Positions 26,358 to 39,900 of a DNA stretch of 64,000 nt are shown here, piece by piece. The stretch's first letter is position 1. Every line of letters begins with the position of its first letter. This DNA comes from Fimbriosthenelais zetlandica (taxonomy: Eukaryota): positions 18,600,001 through 18,664,000 of the forward strand of contig OZ365110.1 in assembly GCA_977030845.1 (NCBI GenBank). Reading direction: 5' to 3'. The translations under genes were made by a program, and so were the position numbers. Below the pieces are notes generated by a model. The model was not told the DNA's origin, searched no databases, and saw only the letters and a list, made by a program, of their open reading frames with translations.

Positions 26358-26413
26358 GTTCGTTGTAACCGAAATTTCGTTTTAAGCGTGTTCGTTATAC
26401 GCGGACTCCACTG
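26358..26413 (-). mobile_element. Solo end of a Tc1/mariner-pogo-like MITE nested inside the 857-bp element
   Basis: Reverse complement reads TA|CAGTGGAGTCCGCGTATAACGAAC..., i.e. a TA target plus a CAGT terminus. Three TTCGTT(G/T/A)TA subterminal repeats at 26359, 26376 and 26391. Partner end not found. Confidence 0.5.
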
Positions 26414-27769
26414 TATTTATATTTTTATTTTCATAAGCATTGTACTGTAATAAAGCAGATTCCCTGTTAAAAGATTTAAGTGTTAAGTTTTAATTCTTGG
26501 TATAGGTATGGGATGCAAAAAGGTATGTTTGGTATAGAGTTGGGGTGGTTTTTGGCCCATCAAGGTGGTATAAACCTCGGTCTATATTCTGGGTCAGGGC
26601 GGCACACCCCCGTGCATTTACTGGGCGAGTCCCCCCCCCGGGATTGTTATTATCACTTGAACATTAGTCGTTATAATGTAGAAATAACAGAAGACTGAAA
26701 TGGCAGGATTGTCATGACCATGGACCAAGGATATGCACCAACTCCTATAAAGGAGAGCTTGTTAGTGAATATCGATGATCAATGCATACCGCAGCTCATA
26801 CCAAAAATCCAGCCGCCATTTAACAGTCTCCCCATACATCATGTGCCATTCGATCCAAGGCCGTCTCCAATTAATACTTAATAATGAGGGCATATTTTCA
26901 ACCTCGCTGGTAATCAACTCTCTCATCCATCTTCGCCCGAATCCCTGAACACATCCCCGTCAACATCAGTTGACACCATAACATGTTAAAAACACCAAGA
27001 GGCGAGGCCGAATCATCCAAACGTCACACTGTGATTTCCCTAATCTAATCATAATCCAAGCTCACCCCTTTGTTTCTCCGACCTGTCTGTCGTTTTGGTT
27101 TTGAATAATTGATCCTAACGTTATTGCGTTCAGAAATTAGCACTTAATCTCACAAAATGAAAGAGGTCGAGTTCCTTTCGGCCACTTTTATGCGCTCATC
27201 AATCCAAAGATCGGCTGGGAGTCAGAGATTTAGAATTATTAGTCCTCTTCTTTTTCTTTCTAACTTTGATCTCAGAGATTGAGGGAGATCTGACTGATCA
27301 CACGGATGAGATCAAAGAGAAAGTTGCCCAATTAAACTACTGCATAGGATTGACTGCTAAAAGCAATCATTACGACCTGTGGCAAGAAATGTAGATTGGT
27401 AGAAACAACCATTAACTTAAACCAGATAGAGTAGAAAAGTTTCAAAAGCCAGTATAATGATAACGTAAGCATTAGCCTTGATAGAAACTGTGATTAGGTC
27501 TGTTGTAAGCAAGTTTTGTTTAAGGTTATCTATTTTTGTACCAAATTTGATGTTCTATCCAATGGATGTGGATTTCTTGCATGCAAAGATGATTTTGCCC
27601 ATCCCTTGCTACTTTATACATTGGGCACACGCCATCATCTTCTTGAATTACCAAATCATTTATTGTCAAGTACTGTAAATTGTGTGTTTTTTCACATGAT
27701 GGACTTTGATCACGAACCATTTTTGCCCATCATTGTTGGCTATAATGGTGAATTATTGTTTCCTTTCAG

Positions 27770-27922
27770 CGGCCGGCTGCCCTGACGTTCCCACGCAATC
27801 AGGGTTGTGGGTTCGACGGACAGGCGACACGGCCATGGTCCGATGCAATCTGACGGAAGAGACTTGGTATCTGTCCTGTGAGGGCAACGAATGGAAAGGT
27901 CGTATTGGTAATTGTTCACAAG
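27770..27922 (+). CDS. Exon encoding a ~50 aa 4-Cys/3-Trp extracellular module (divergent sushi/CCP-like)
   Basis: Acceptor ttgtttcctttcag| and donor |gtaagt; phase 1-1. Translation AAGCPDVPTQSGLWVRRTGDTAMVRCNLTEETWYLSCEGNEWKGRIGNCSQ. The exon call is strong; the sushi-like label is by resemblance only. Confidence 0.88.
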
Positions 27923-30900
27923 GTAAGTGATCCCTGCCCTTCGATATCGATGGTTCCCTCGGGTCTCGTGGTATGCTTCCCGTCAAAGGGTAACGATGAA
28001 TGCCGCAAGGGTCGAGGTGATTTACGCGGCTGGACCAAACTCCTCTTCATGCTCTCTTAACCAGTCTGAAAACCGTACAGGCTTCAGCCAGATTAGCAGC
28101 AGATTAAGGCCATCAGACAAGCGTGTACAGCTATACAGTTGGTGAACCCAGCATCTTTTGTGTCAGGGCCAGTAATCCTGGTATAACTTTTGTAAGGGTC
28201 TGTGTATCTAGGTGTAGCAGTCATAAACTACATGTAGAATATACCATGTTACTGTATTCAAAACGAACAAGATAATTTGGGCTGATCGAAGGCAAAATCA
28301 TTTAATTCCATTTTAGGATAACCAATACAGCTTTTTCAAGTACACTAATAGTGAAAATGTAGAATGATTGAGTAATGATCATTCACTTGTATTGTAAGAC
28401 AGAATAAGCACGCAATGAGACATTTTACTCTTAATGATTTAAGAGTAAATTTAATATTTGATTTAGAGATCTATAAAGACAAGCTCATGGCCTGAATGTC
28501 TGAAGGGTGGGAAATTTTGAAGATGTGGTCTTTATTAGTAGTGAACTACATCCCTAATATTCCGGGTTGACAACTGCTGGATTCTTGCCAAGGTCTGAGC
28601 TTTGTAGCTTGGCATTCACCCCTTTCTTCCTCAGCCAAGACTGGGTAATAAAAAGGGACACTCTTTTCAAAGACCCTTGGAAGAAATTCCTTTGAGGGAA
28701 TGTGGACCTAGAAGTGGCGTGTGTGCGGTGACTCTAATGTTCTATATTTAATTTAGACGTTTCGTCAGGGCTTCATTAACCTTTCTTTTCAAAAGTTTCT
28801 GACTCTATTGAAGACCCTTAATTAGGCGCGACATTCTGTAATTATTGGCTCATGTGTCTCATTCTAAACATGGATGTTGCCTTCATCTATATGTTTCATT
28901 GCTGTACATTTTCACTGATTGATTCCTATTGCCTTACACGGGGGAGTGGTTCTTTACATGTTCAAAACATCTTCTGATTGATTATCATCGGCATGACTTT
29001 CAAACAACATCGAACTTCTGCCTGATACTGAAGAACCATCATTATCAAAAAAACCCTGACTTTTTATCTAATTAGAAGGCAAAGATGCTTTGGTTTTCAT
29101 CCTGTAAGCATTTTTCTCAAGGAGTGCTAAAAATACAGGCCGCTCATTATGCTGCCGTCGTGAGGAATCCCTCTATTGACAGGTCATATTGGCATTGTCT
29201 AACGACCGCCATTTGGAAAAGATTTGTCTTCCAGAAAAGGCAATATTTCTTGTTTATGACACTGAAGTCATCTGAGGCCGCGGACTGCCCTGGGTCACCT
29301 TATTAGGTAGCCTACAGACACATGATGCTTTGTCCACTACTGATGAATACACCCATGCAGCAGAAGTCGCAGGAAAATACCCAAATGGTATTTAATCCCA
29401 TAGGCTAGGTTTTAACAATTTATCCGACGTCTTCAAGAATTCCACAGCCATTCATCAGGGTCTATTAGACATTTTCCTGTTTGATCCTGAGAATTGCACT
29501 AAATAAAACTGGCAACTATTTGAGTTTCAAAGAAAATGCATGGTTTTGCGTTGATTCAGGATTTATATTTTATCACCAGGCGCGCGGGCATATATCTGTG
29601 ATGCTATCGGGCTATATTATTATTATCATTATGGAAAACATCAATGATTTTGAAAGAATAGTAGGGAGCGAAATATGTGTTTGGAAAAGCTGGAATAATC
29701 CACAATAGGCCTATATGCACCTTGATGGTATCCAATGATAGATGCGCACCACCTGACCGAAGTGCGTGGCTGTGGTACATTTATTGCATCTCTGTATTTC
29801 ACATGCTGGGAAGGAGCATGCTAATATCGCACCGGAACTGGCCCAGTGGTTAATAAGGTTGGCTTTGAGAGCAATCACGGGAGTCAGAAAAGATCCTCTC
29901 CAGCCCTAATTGCACGAAAGTGGAATGGAAGACGAGACATGTTCATTCCTACATGCATGGCAAAATGTCAGGAAGCTGTCCAAAATAAAGAGGATGATGA
30001 ATTTATGGGGTGCATTTCGTGTCTGGGGTTTTTCCTGACATGGTGCATGTTCATGCCGAGCCCTCTCCTTCTCTTCTGCCTCGAATTCATTTGTAGGTGC
30101 TTGGTTCCAAAGTCTTTGAAAAGATGAAGGATGAAAGAATAAGTTTTTAATGTTTTCCTCAATGAATGTATAATGACCTGGATCCGGCCTCGAATGAAGA
30201 AGGTCTGGGTCTATTCAACTCACCAAGTATCAATATTTGATAGGACAGGCGTATTGCTCTGACATGGCAAGGGCTTCCTAATATTAGCAAGCTTAAGCCC
30301 AGCAAAATTGCAGCTCATCTAACTGAATATTCTGTCAAACTTTTCATTACAGAATCGATCATTCTAAAATGGCGAAATTCTCCACCTTGAGAATATCTTT
30401 TCTGCATATCATGAGGATAAATTATAAATATCGTATTCGGCCTACTCCTTATAGAATAATGTGTCTTATTGTCCTCAAGTCTTCAATGGATCTGAAACTT
30501 GAAGACATCAGTCTATTGAGAGAAGGGAAATAGATCAGGTTGGTTTTTATACCACCAGAAAACATGCTGAGACAGAAGCTGCTGGATACTTGTGCGTTAA
30601 GTGTTACTTTAAGGAAGCCACCCGAGGCAGCCATGAGCTTACCTCCATGGGAAGAACCTTCACAGAACAAGTCCATGATCAATACTTCCGGTCAGCTTTT
30701 TGCCTTTAAGTAAAGCTTTACAAGAGAGTAAAGTAACGTAGAACATACCAGGTAAACTGTCAGTCTAAACCTGATTATCCTTCTAGTTTTTTTTATACGA
30801 GCGTTAAAAAACACCAGGACCACCTAGGGAAGACGTTCTCTGAAAGGTGTCATTACAACACTGAGCTGGGAGGTATCAACTCCTGGTATCCCCTGGTCCA

Positions 30901-33900
30901 ATTCATTGCCTGGTGTTTGTGTTACTTTGTTAGGGTTCTGAATGTCACTGTATCCTCATGGATGACACCGAGAAAAATCCATGCAAGCGTCTGATGCGAT
31001 CACTGTTTGCCCATCAAATCACAGCATGGTATTTCACCAAATGGGGTGTGGTTTCAGAATGGGCTCAGTATTTTAGGCCAAGGCACTGTTGGCGTGGAAA
31101 GTGAACTACGGCTCTGTCGTGATAAGATGACTCCAGGGTATTTGTGGAGAAGGAGGCCCGATTGTCTGCTGGAAATTCAGTCTGTTACTCTCCATAGATA
31201 GAAACCTCCAAGGGTCTGCTCAACTCTAGGGGACAAAAAGCAAACATCACTCTGGAAGCTGTCAGCCTTGCCTGCAACTTTCGGTGTGAATAACTGCAGT
31301 GAACTGAGAGGGTGTTACCACGGCTCATTCAATGGGAGGGTTTGTGCGCGATGGAGCGATTTTACGTATTGGGATCTGAGTAAGAAATGACATATGATGA
31401 GAGGCTCCAATGATTCACACAGTTATATGCCTGCCATTTTTGTGGGTTTAAAGAGTGTAACGCTATTCCTGGTATGGGTTTAGCTTACAACGTGTTTGTC
31501 CTTGCTCAGGGGAAAGACAATATCCCTTTGGTAAGAAGCGATTTGCATAAGTGATTTTTCGGAGTAACATAGATTTATTTTCTTTACTATGCTTTGCACT
31601 TGTATCTCGGTACTTGGGAAAACATCAGTGTCTGATGAGCAAATCAACCCCACTTTGATCCTGTATTTATTCTGTATAATTTACATTGGGGGACGACTGA
31701 CAGACAATTTTGCAGATTTGAGAATGAGATGCACCTAACTGCCGTTGATGAACGTGGTGTCAAGGGCACTGTACTCCTTTTGTACAGAGTACTAAAACAT
31801 TATCACCAAATCTTTTCTCTGCACTCTTCACGTTTAGTTCATCAGATCTGCCTTCAAAAATAAGTGTACCAGGGTTGAGGACGTGAATTTTGTGCTTGCT
31901 GCCCTCGGATGGCAGACTACAGGAAGGAGTGGATGCTGTCAACTCTTGTTAAAGGTTAAATGAGGTGCCTTCGTTATTGGGCAGGATTTCATCAGGTCCG
32001 GCTGGCATTTATGTACCTTGTTTTGATGTGGTGTACCATCGGTGGCACCTTCTTTCGGCTCAGGTGCGCCGGAGGTGAATGGCTTCGCAGCCACCGACAA
32101 GAGGGCCTCTTGAGGGGATGTCATGGTGGCTTGGAGCTGTCAGATCTCCGGAGGTGGTGTGTGGCGGGATGGGGGAATACCTGAACAGCTGTGCTTCCAA
32201 CGCCTTCACAGATAACATAAAGACACCTCCGTCCATCCAGGCTGAGTCAAAGGCTGGATGTTTAACCTTGTCTGTTGGTGGGAAATCTGCCTGACACTCC
32301 TTCATTTCCTCCGGTTGCAAAGTTTAAACCAGGGTAAACTGATGTAGCGCACTCTGACAGACAAATTATTTCCTCCATTCCGTTCTGGTATAGATTCAAG
32401 TAATTTTGTCTTCTTTATGGGTGGATTGAAAAACGAAGTATTTCGCAAGAGGCTAAAATTAGTTAACAGTAAATAATTGGTTCACCCTGGGCATATCATT
32501 TTGTGTGAGTAGTTTTTAACATTAAGTTTCCTCTTTGTGATGATCCTTGTTCAGAGAAATTGCCTGAAGTGACATCTCTCAGAGTAATAATGAGATATCA
32601 TGATTTAAATCATAGTTTCCTTCCAGTCCTTTGATTGTGAGGGTGATTAAGAATCTTCAGGACAAGCTATGCTATCGGGCCGTCATCTAAATGTGGAGGC
32701 GATGCTTCAAATCCACCTCCTTCACATATATCTAGGTCAGGGATCCACCATAGCGACTTTCTGTAGTACATTCATCACTGAGTTCTATGGCGGATAATAA
32801 CGTAAATTAGGTACTAGATGAAGTACGTGGAACAAAGCAGCTCCAGTGAGGGACACCAGCCGCTCAGCACACACAGTCTTCAACTTTTAGTGCCTCCTTT
32901 CTGACACTTAGCCTGCAAATATGGATTTCTTGGTGTAAAGTAATTGTACATTTTCAATGGCACCATTTGTCCTTTTCGCTTCTAATTACATCGTCTGCAC
33001 AGCTTGAAGTTGAATTGAGTCTTCCTTCTCAGAGACCTGCAGTATTCCATACTGAGATTCAATGTCTGTGTTGGCAACTTCGTGAGGAAGCTCTTCCCCA
33101 GTTCATATTGATAGTCGCAGTAAACCATCTATGGAAATATATCAAGTATTTTGAATAGCTCTTTTTACCATGATGTACTTCTGCAAATGCAGTCTGATTT
33201 CTATGTCAATAGATCTCATTCACAGTGTGATGTATCTATGTTGGATTCTGTCAGTGCAGATAATTCAAAATTAATTGCCATGTTTTTTTTTAGTTTTGTA
33301 TCTCACAGAACACGTCTATACGTTGTTGTATATATGTGTTTGGTTTCATGAATACTGATAGGACTTTCAGCTCAACTGAGAGAGGGTCATGTGCTATTAA
33401 ATATCAGACTTCATATTGATAGCCTTTTATACACTGACGTATGTCATCATTTACGTGTAAAATATATGGGTGAACGTTGCAGGTATTATGGATTCCTGAT
33501 CATCTTAAGGTGATAGATAAGCTTGTCATGAATGACGAGGACCCGGAATTGTGTTGTAGGGTGATATGACGTTGCGTTGAATAGATTGCCTGCTCTGACC
33601 TCTAAGTAGTGGCCAAGTGCCAGCCGTAGCCTCATATTTATTTCCTTGTAAACTGCTGGAGGAAAATGCCTCATCCCCTTTTATGTCAGCCATCCTATCT
33701 GAACGCCGGTCGACCCCCATGAAGTCTTTACACTGCATCTCCGATTGGGCCCGAGACCTCGCGCACCTTATTACGTTTTACACCATAGATCCTTAGTAGG
33801 TCCTCTGTAAGAAGCGATTAGCAGTTAGGGATACATCCTCAGTCACCTTGGCTGTCTGAGAGGACATTCCCCTGGGCGGTGTATGTCTACCCCTATTAGA

Positions 33901-36854
33901 AATGTGACGCCTCAAATTGACACAAGAGACTGGTGCAAAAAAACGGGTGTCCCCTATCGGGAAGGTAACAAGGGGTGCTATAGGGACAGCTTCGGATGAT
34001 ATTGGTTACTAAAAAGGGTCCGAGTGGGTCCCCTTAGGGATTTCCTGAATTCTGAATCTGACTAAGCTGGAGGGCACTTGTAAACTGAGAAGATTGATTG
34101 TGCCGGAGGCGGAGTGGATAAGCCATGATATATCTTACTGCAGAAGGAGGCTCTGATATCGCCTGTGATGGCAAACCTTATCAATCTCCTAATCTGGGCC
34201 TATCACGATTACCTTGTCACTCTGTGAAGGGACGGGCAAATAAGCATAAACTTCTCACTACGGGAGTAGGAAATTACGATTATATACGTTCTCAAACAAA
34301 CGTATTGATAATTGTATACACGTTGTTGAACATTTGTTAAAAACTGTACCAGGTGAATGAATTTAGTCTGGAAATTTAGCACAATGATGTCTGGATATCT
34401 GAGCCATTCCAAGTGATAGAAGTGAGCGTTCTTGAAACTAACCATTCAGTAGTGAATACGACTCAAAGTTTTCCCATTTTTTTTATGATGTCAATTGACT
34501 CCAGAAATGGCCAGGCAATATGAAATTATTGTGGTGATAAAGCAAACTGCAACCACGTCTCCCATCCATTTCTTCCCTTTTTGAAAGGGCCTAAAAGGAA
34601 AGTGCATTCAATCAACGTCAGTGGAGGCACATGGAAGGCACTTTCCATGTTAAATATGGTCCTGCCTGCAATGCAAAGGAACCATCTGGTCTGAACCCCC
34701 TGTACGCCCTGTCTGAGCACCGATGTCTCACTGCACAATGGTCTAATTCTTTTTTATATCTTATGTATGAGATATTTCTTTGATGCTCCTATATTACATT
34801 ATAACAGCGATCGATGGCGCTCGGATCTAGCCATGGGCAATTCAATCTGAACCGACCTTTCTTGGTAACCGTACACGATCACTGAATGTATGGCTTCAGT
34901 TACCCTATCATATCGTTCCCCTACATCATACTTCTAATATCCCTGCCAGAGACTCATGTTTGAACAATGGTTTCTATAATAAATGTTATCCAAAATATGC
35001 AGAGAAAATTGGATTGCAAAATTACACAATATGAGTTGTGTCCTTAATGCGGAGTACTGTAGGTTTGCCAATTAAATACTTTGCAAATGAAGTGATCCTT
35101 CCGAAGGGATAAATATTTGATCAGCCGAAAAAAACAATGAAATTTCAAATTCATGTGAGTTCCCGCTCAGATTTACTAAACATTTGTTAATGGTCATATT
35201 ACATTTGGATTTTAGTACCCAATGTGGCCACTTCGGCTTACATTGGCCCCAGCTGCTTATTAATCCTTAAGAACGGCATTTACCAACTGCGTGAAAAAAG
35301 TGAGCTGCAGCTGAAAGCTCCAGGGATGTCGATAACATTTTGATCACATGGGATCCAATCTTCCCAGTCTGAGGTCACATGCCCCAAAAACCCACTCTTC
35401 CATTTAGGAACATTAGGCATCAACTTAATCCTGTGATTCCTGCGGTGAAAATACCCACATCCTAATCACCATAATCATCCCCATGAGGACAGTGCTACCT
35501 TTTGAATTTCCACTTGTACTTATTCCGTAAAGGCATTCTCGATTTGGGATAAATTTTGCAAGAGAACTTTATCAGCAACAGTTTAAAGATAGCATCAAAC
35601 TCCATGCATGCCATGATGTCACGCAGGAAACAGTCTCAAATTTCTGCATGGGTGTGGGCAGGTAAAAGATTGAACAAATATCTTTAGCAGATATTTATCT
35701 TCCTCCATAAATAGGGATCGTGTAGATCAGGGCAAAAAGTGTGAGCATTGAAATTACTGGGCCGTGTCACATTAAAAGACCACGCTTGTAATTAACTATG
35801 GCTTTGATGCTGACGGTAGACCACAAAGGGACTTTGATAACCGCTAGAGGGAGGGGGACGGGCTTGCGAGTAAGTCCTGAAGGATGTGCAAAAACCTGCT
35901 TCTCCTGGGTGGCATTAGAGAAATTTGGATGGTTGGTTTGCAAGTGTTGATCAGGAACGAGAAGAGCATGTCTGCGATCCATCTAGATAATGTCCTTAAC
36001 AGCGACAAAAAGAGGATAAGCTTGCTTGCTGAGTTTTCCCAGCTCCTTCCGACATAACATCATTAACGTGGCCAGAGGCAAAACCTTCACACGCTCCTAT
36101 ACATTTAGCTTGAATCTTGGCCAAACACAATAACTTTCGAAAAATCATACTGTCACTGGTGAGTTGAAGGGAGTTAATAGCAGAAACATAAGTTCTCTCA
36201 TAAAACGGGTGGTAATTGGAGGAAGGCATTGTGAGGTGGTGGCTAATTGCCAATTACGTTGCATTGACAAAATGAAATGAATGGCAACTTGATGAGAATT
36301 GTTGTCTGTGTTTCCAAGGGCTAATGATACACATTACTCAGGAGGAAATTCCTCAGCTTTTTTTAATGATAAATCACTGTTAATTTTAAGGAAACGTAGA
36401 AATTAGTCTGTTTTATCGGATGTCCTCTATAAATTTTGATCAGAGAGTAGTCAAATTAGTCTGTTTGAAATCACCTCATAAATAATCAGTGCTACCATGT
36501 GTTTGATAAAGAATGATCAGTGCGAACATTTCAGGCTGTCAGGAACAATAAAATTTAAACATCATTAAGTAAACTTAATGGGATTGATGTGGAATATGCA
36601 ATTAGTCATGACTGAAATCCTTAATCCACAGGTAGAGGTCATAAGTATAACTTTCACCAATAGTACGGCCACATTCAGATACCTAGTAGGCCTACGCAAT
36701 ATTCATTACTTTCTTTTAAGTAATGCATTTTATGAATTGCTTAGTCGCAGAAAAGTAAAGCGAGAAAAGTCATACATTTAGGCCATTGTACAACCATAGG
36801 CTAAAGCATTGTAGTGCAACGGTGTTATAAAAGTATTCTTTCTTCTCATTTCAG

Positions 36855-36911
36855 CGGCCAAGAAATGGAACATGGACGATACTGCAGTAAGCGAGGAGCC
36901 AGTACCATACG
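36855..36911 (+). CDS. 57-nt stalk exon
   Basis: Acceptor tctttcttctcatttcag| and donor |gtaagc; phase 1-1. Reads AAKKWNMDDTAVSEEPVPY in frame with both neighbouring exons. Not in the ORF track. Confidence 0.75.
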
Positions 36912-39900
36912 GTAAGCCAGCCCATTCCAAGCTTGCCCACCACCATTCGCTCCACCTTATCCCTTAATTTGCCATACGTACCAAGGTATATACCACAAGC
37001 TTATCGTTGGGGCCTCGGTATCATCGGTCGAAGCTCACGTGCCCGGAAATGATTCTTCCAATTAATAGGAAGGGATGATGGTGTGAAGGACTTAGTGACG
37101 ACCCTATCAGCGCTAATATCCCGGGCTTGGTGAGCCTGGCCTCTGTTCATCAGGCCCAGGAGAAGGCCTGGCCTCTCAGATTATCCTCACAATATTGCGA
37201 AACAAACGGTCCATGCATCCAAATGCACACCCCTATCACAATCCACCCATAGTAATCATGGTTAGAAAATTGCTCAATGCCAGGGCTTTTCATCTTGCAG
37301 TGAGGTTATACATTAAGTCGTGATAACAGCTTTTTACCAGACGAATGGTCCTTTACCTAGTAAGCCTTTCATTGAAGGGAAAGAGCAGGGTCTTTATAAC
37401 TATGGTGATTTACTAGGCCTACTCTAGTTTCTTACATAGATTGTGTGGGATGCTGGCCATGTCTCCACGTCGTGGAATATAATGATGGGAGGCAAATAAA
37501 TTGTCAATAACATATTAACCAAGTAGGGGTGCCTGTCCAGACCATCGTTGTTTTATCCGTATATAAGATATACAGTACCTACCACAAAGCCCGTTAGATT
37601 CTCAAAAAGAGTGTTTTGGTACCATTAGTTTTAAAAAGCCTCCCTTCCCCGTGGGTGATCATTCATGTGAGCGATGAAAGCACAAATATAAGGTGCAATA
37701 ATTAATCTTAAAAAGCTGGTGCATGCTCTCCTCAAGGCTCTGAATAGAAGCCTGTGCCATTCATAGTACACCTAACCAATAGGAAGTTGGTATCTGAATG
37801 ATTTAAGACTGTAGGTTTAGCACCACTGCTTCTAGCCTCCCTAATTAGAATGAATGATGTCTTGGCTTGGTTTAGCTATCATGCAGCCAAGTCATACAGT
37901 AGGAAACCTGATGAATATAAGATGCGATGACCAAATCGGTTACCTGTGCATAATATAACCTGCCATATGATAGACTCAGTGGGTTAGCAATAAGTTTCCT
38001 CTGATTGCAGACTTGGCTGTATGTGCTGAAGCAAGACCTTTGTCATACTGTCATGGCACATTCGCCAGTTGCCAGGCAAATTCCTGGTGATTGATGGAGG
38101 CGTTGTACTGCCTTTTAATCTTTGCCGCCAGTGATTATCTTTGCAGTATGAGCGATGCCTCCACGTCTTAGAATGATACCCTGGTTTGCTGAAGTTGAGC
38201 AAGGAAAAACAAGCCACATTCAGTAGACAAGAATGGCACCAAATAAAGTGCCATCTAAGTCTTGGATTATCATGACCCGCCTGAGATTTATAATGGTCCC
38301 TCTAATCTGGGTTTTGGATTCACGTTACTTATCAGATTAGGTTTTATGCTGCTGAAGCTCTGTACAGACAAAAAATAGTTAAAGTATCGGCTCTCTCTAG
38401 TGACTGTCATAAAATTGCCTGCAAGAGCATGTGGCAGTGTGGAGGGCTTCTTTTGAACCGAAGGCTTGAGGGGTTTTTTAACGCTTCACACCGTCAAGCC
38501 ACGAATATTGAGTCTGGATTAGGGCATCAATGAATAACCTGAATTTTTATCCTTATAGATGGCTATGCAAATATCCCCTGACAGGGCGATTGTAGATAAA
38601 AAACAACCTGGATGACAGACACAGATCAATGATTCAGAATAACAGTATAACAAATGGACAAATTTGACGCCACTCTTGCTTTAACATTTCAAATTTATGT
38701 TCATCGGTTTCTGAATTTGAACGGATTTTCACTCTGAAAACAGAATGTAATACCAGGGCATAAATTGCAATTTGCCAAAAGGGAGAGAAGCTTGTAATTC
38801 ATCCTGCCACTAAATTAGAATCTCCACCATTTCCAGTCTTCGCTAAGCCAGCTGCAATACTGCCATTGCGAAAACATAAACGTGTTTAAAGGGAATGAAA
38901 ACAGATAAGGCTGCATGTATTCACCATCAAAAGCAGCGGGCCATATTGCATCGACATTCGGGGACAATGCTTTCTTAGGCCCCTTTGTCATACTGTCATC
39001 TAGGAAAGTGGGTCTTATCCATGTTCAAAGGAGGCGTGAGGCAATCATGCAGACATGACTAATAGGTCAAAGATTAGCGCCTGCTTAAGTCACCTATCAT
39101 CAATCTATATTGGCCTCTTAATAAGTAGAGATACCATTGCCCATTGTGCATGTGTCATAATCTTTGGATAATGGGGCTTATAGATTAATTAAGGCCAGCA
39201 GAGCAATGTATCACAGTGCCGGGTGATTTAGAACCCAGCCTGTACGTGTCTTCTGACAAACAGTGAATATATACTGATATTCATTCTGCAGACTTTTGCG
39301 GACGTAGAAAAACAGTGCAAAGGAAATTGTACTTCGATGACTTATTTTTCATCTGGATTCTGGCATTAAAAAATTCTTCCCCATCCATCTAAATTCGTAT
39401 GCAAGACTAAATCCGTCTTGGTCTGACTTTGGCTTTATAAGATGCGAAGCAAAGACAATTTTCAAAATTTGAAATGATGAATCTCATCCATTATGGCACA
39501 GTTTCGGGATTTACTGCGCATAGAATATAATCATATATATATCTGTGTGGCTTGAAAAGTATCTCAGATGAATATTTCACTGAAATTCAAGAGCATTCGA
39601 CACTAATACGTACTGTGTTACAGTGTCGTTCTTTTGATCCAAACATACGACAGGGTTTGGGTATGAAGCTAAGATTCAAATGTCGAAGTATTAGATCCGA
39701 GTGAGAACACTATACTCTCTGTCACTCTCGTTGAATGCCTCGGAATTATCTCTGGCGATGTTCATTTGACATTTTTTAGAAAGCAAATATGGCTCTAGTC
39801 TTTAGTCCCAGCGTTTCCCATCGAACACACCCGGGAAGCCACTTTTGGTGGAGCTCGATGGAAACTCTAATTTCCTATTGTGCCATTAAAATCTTACTGG

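Larger units (their letters stand above)
25786..26642. mobile_element. Non-autonomous DNA transposon (MITE-like), 857 bp, 7-bp TSD
   Basis: Perfect 18-bp terminal inverted repeat CCC(G)9ACTCGC, followed by a second inverted block GGGGTGTGCCGCCCT. Identical ATTGTTA flanks at 25779-25785 and 26643-26649. No transposase ORF. Confidence 0.85.

Noticed and set aside
26699-26881. ~60-codon frame containing DQGYAP, similar to DKGYAP in the receptor tail (possible duplicated tail exon)
   Set aside because: Similarity is limited to six residues, there is no polypyrimidine tract, and it lies upstream of the TM exon.
28751-28780. Minus-strand CTGACGAAACGTC resembling a minimal Penelope-type hammerhead ribozyme
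   Set aside because: CUGANGA and GAAA overlap with no stem II, and stem I cannot form; at best a broken relic.
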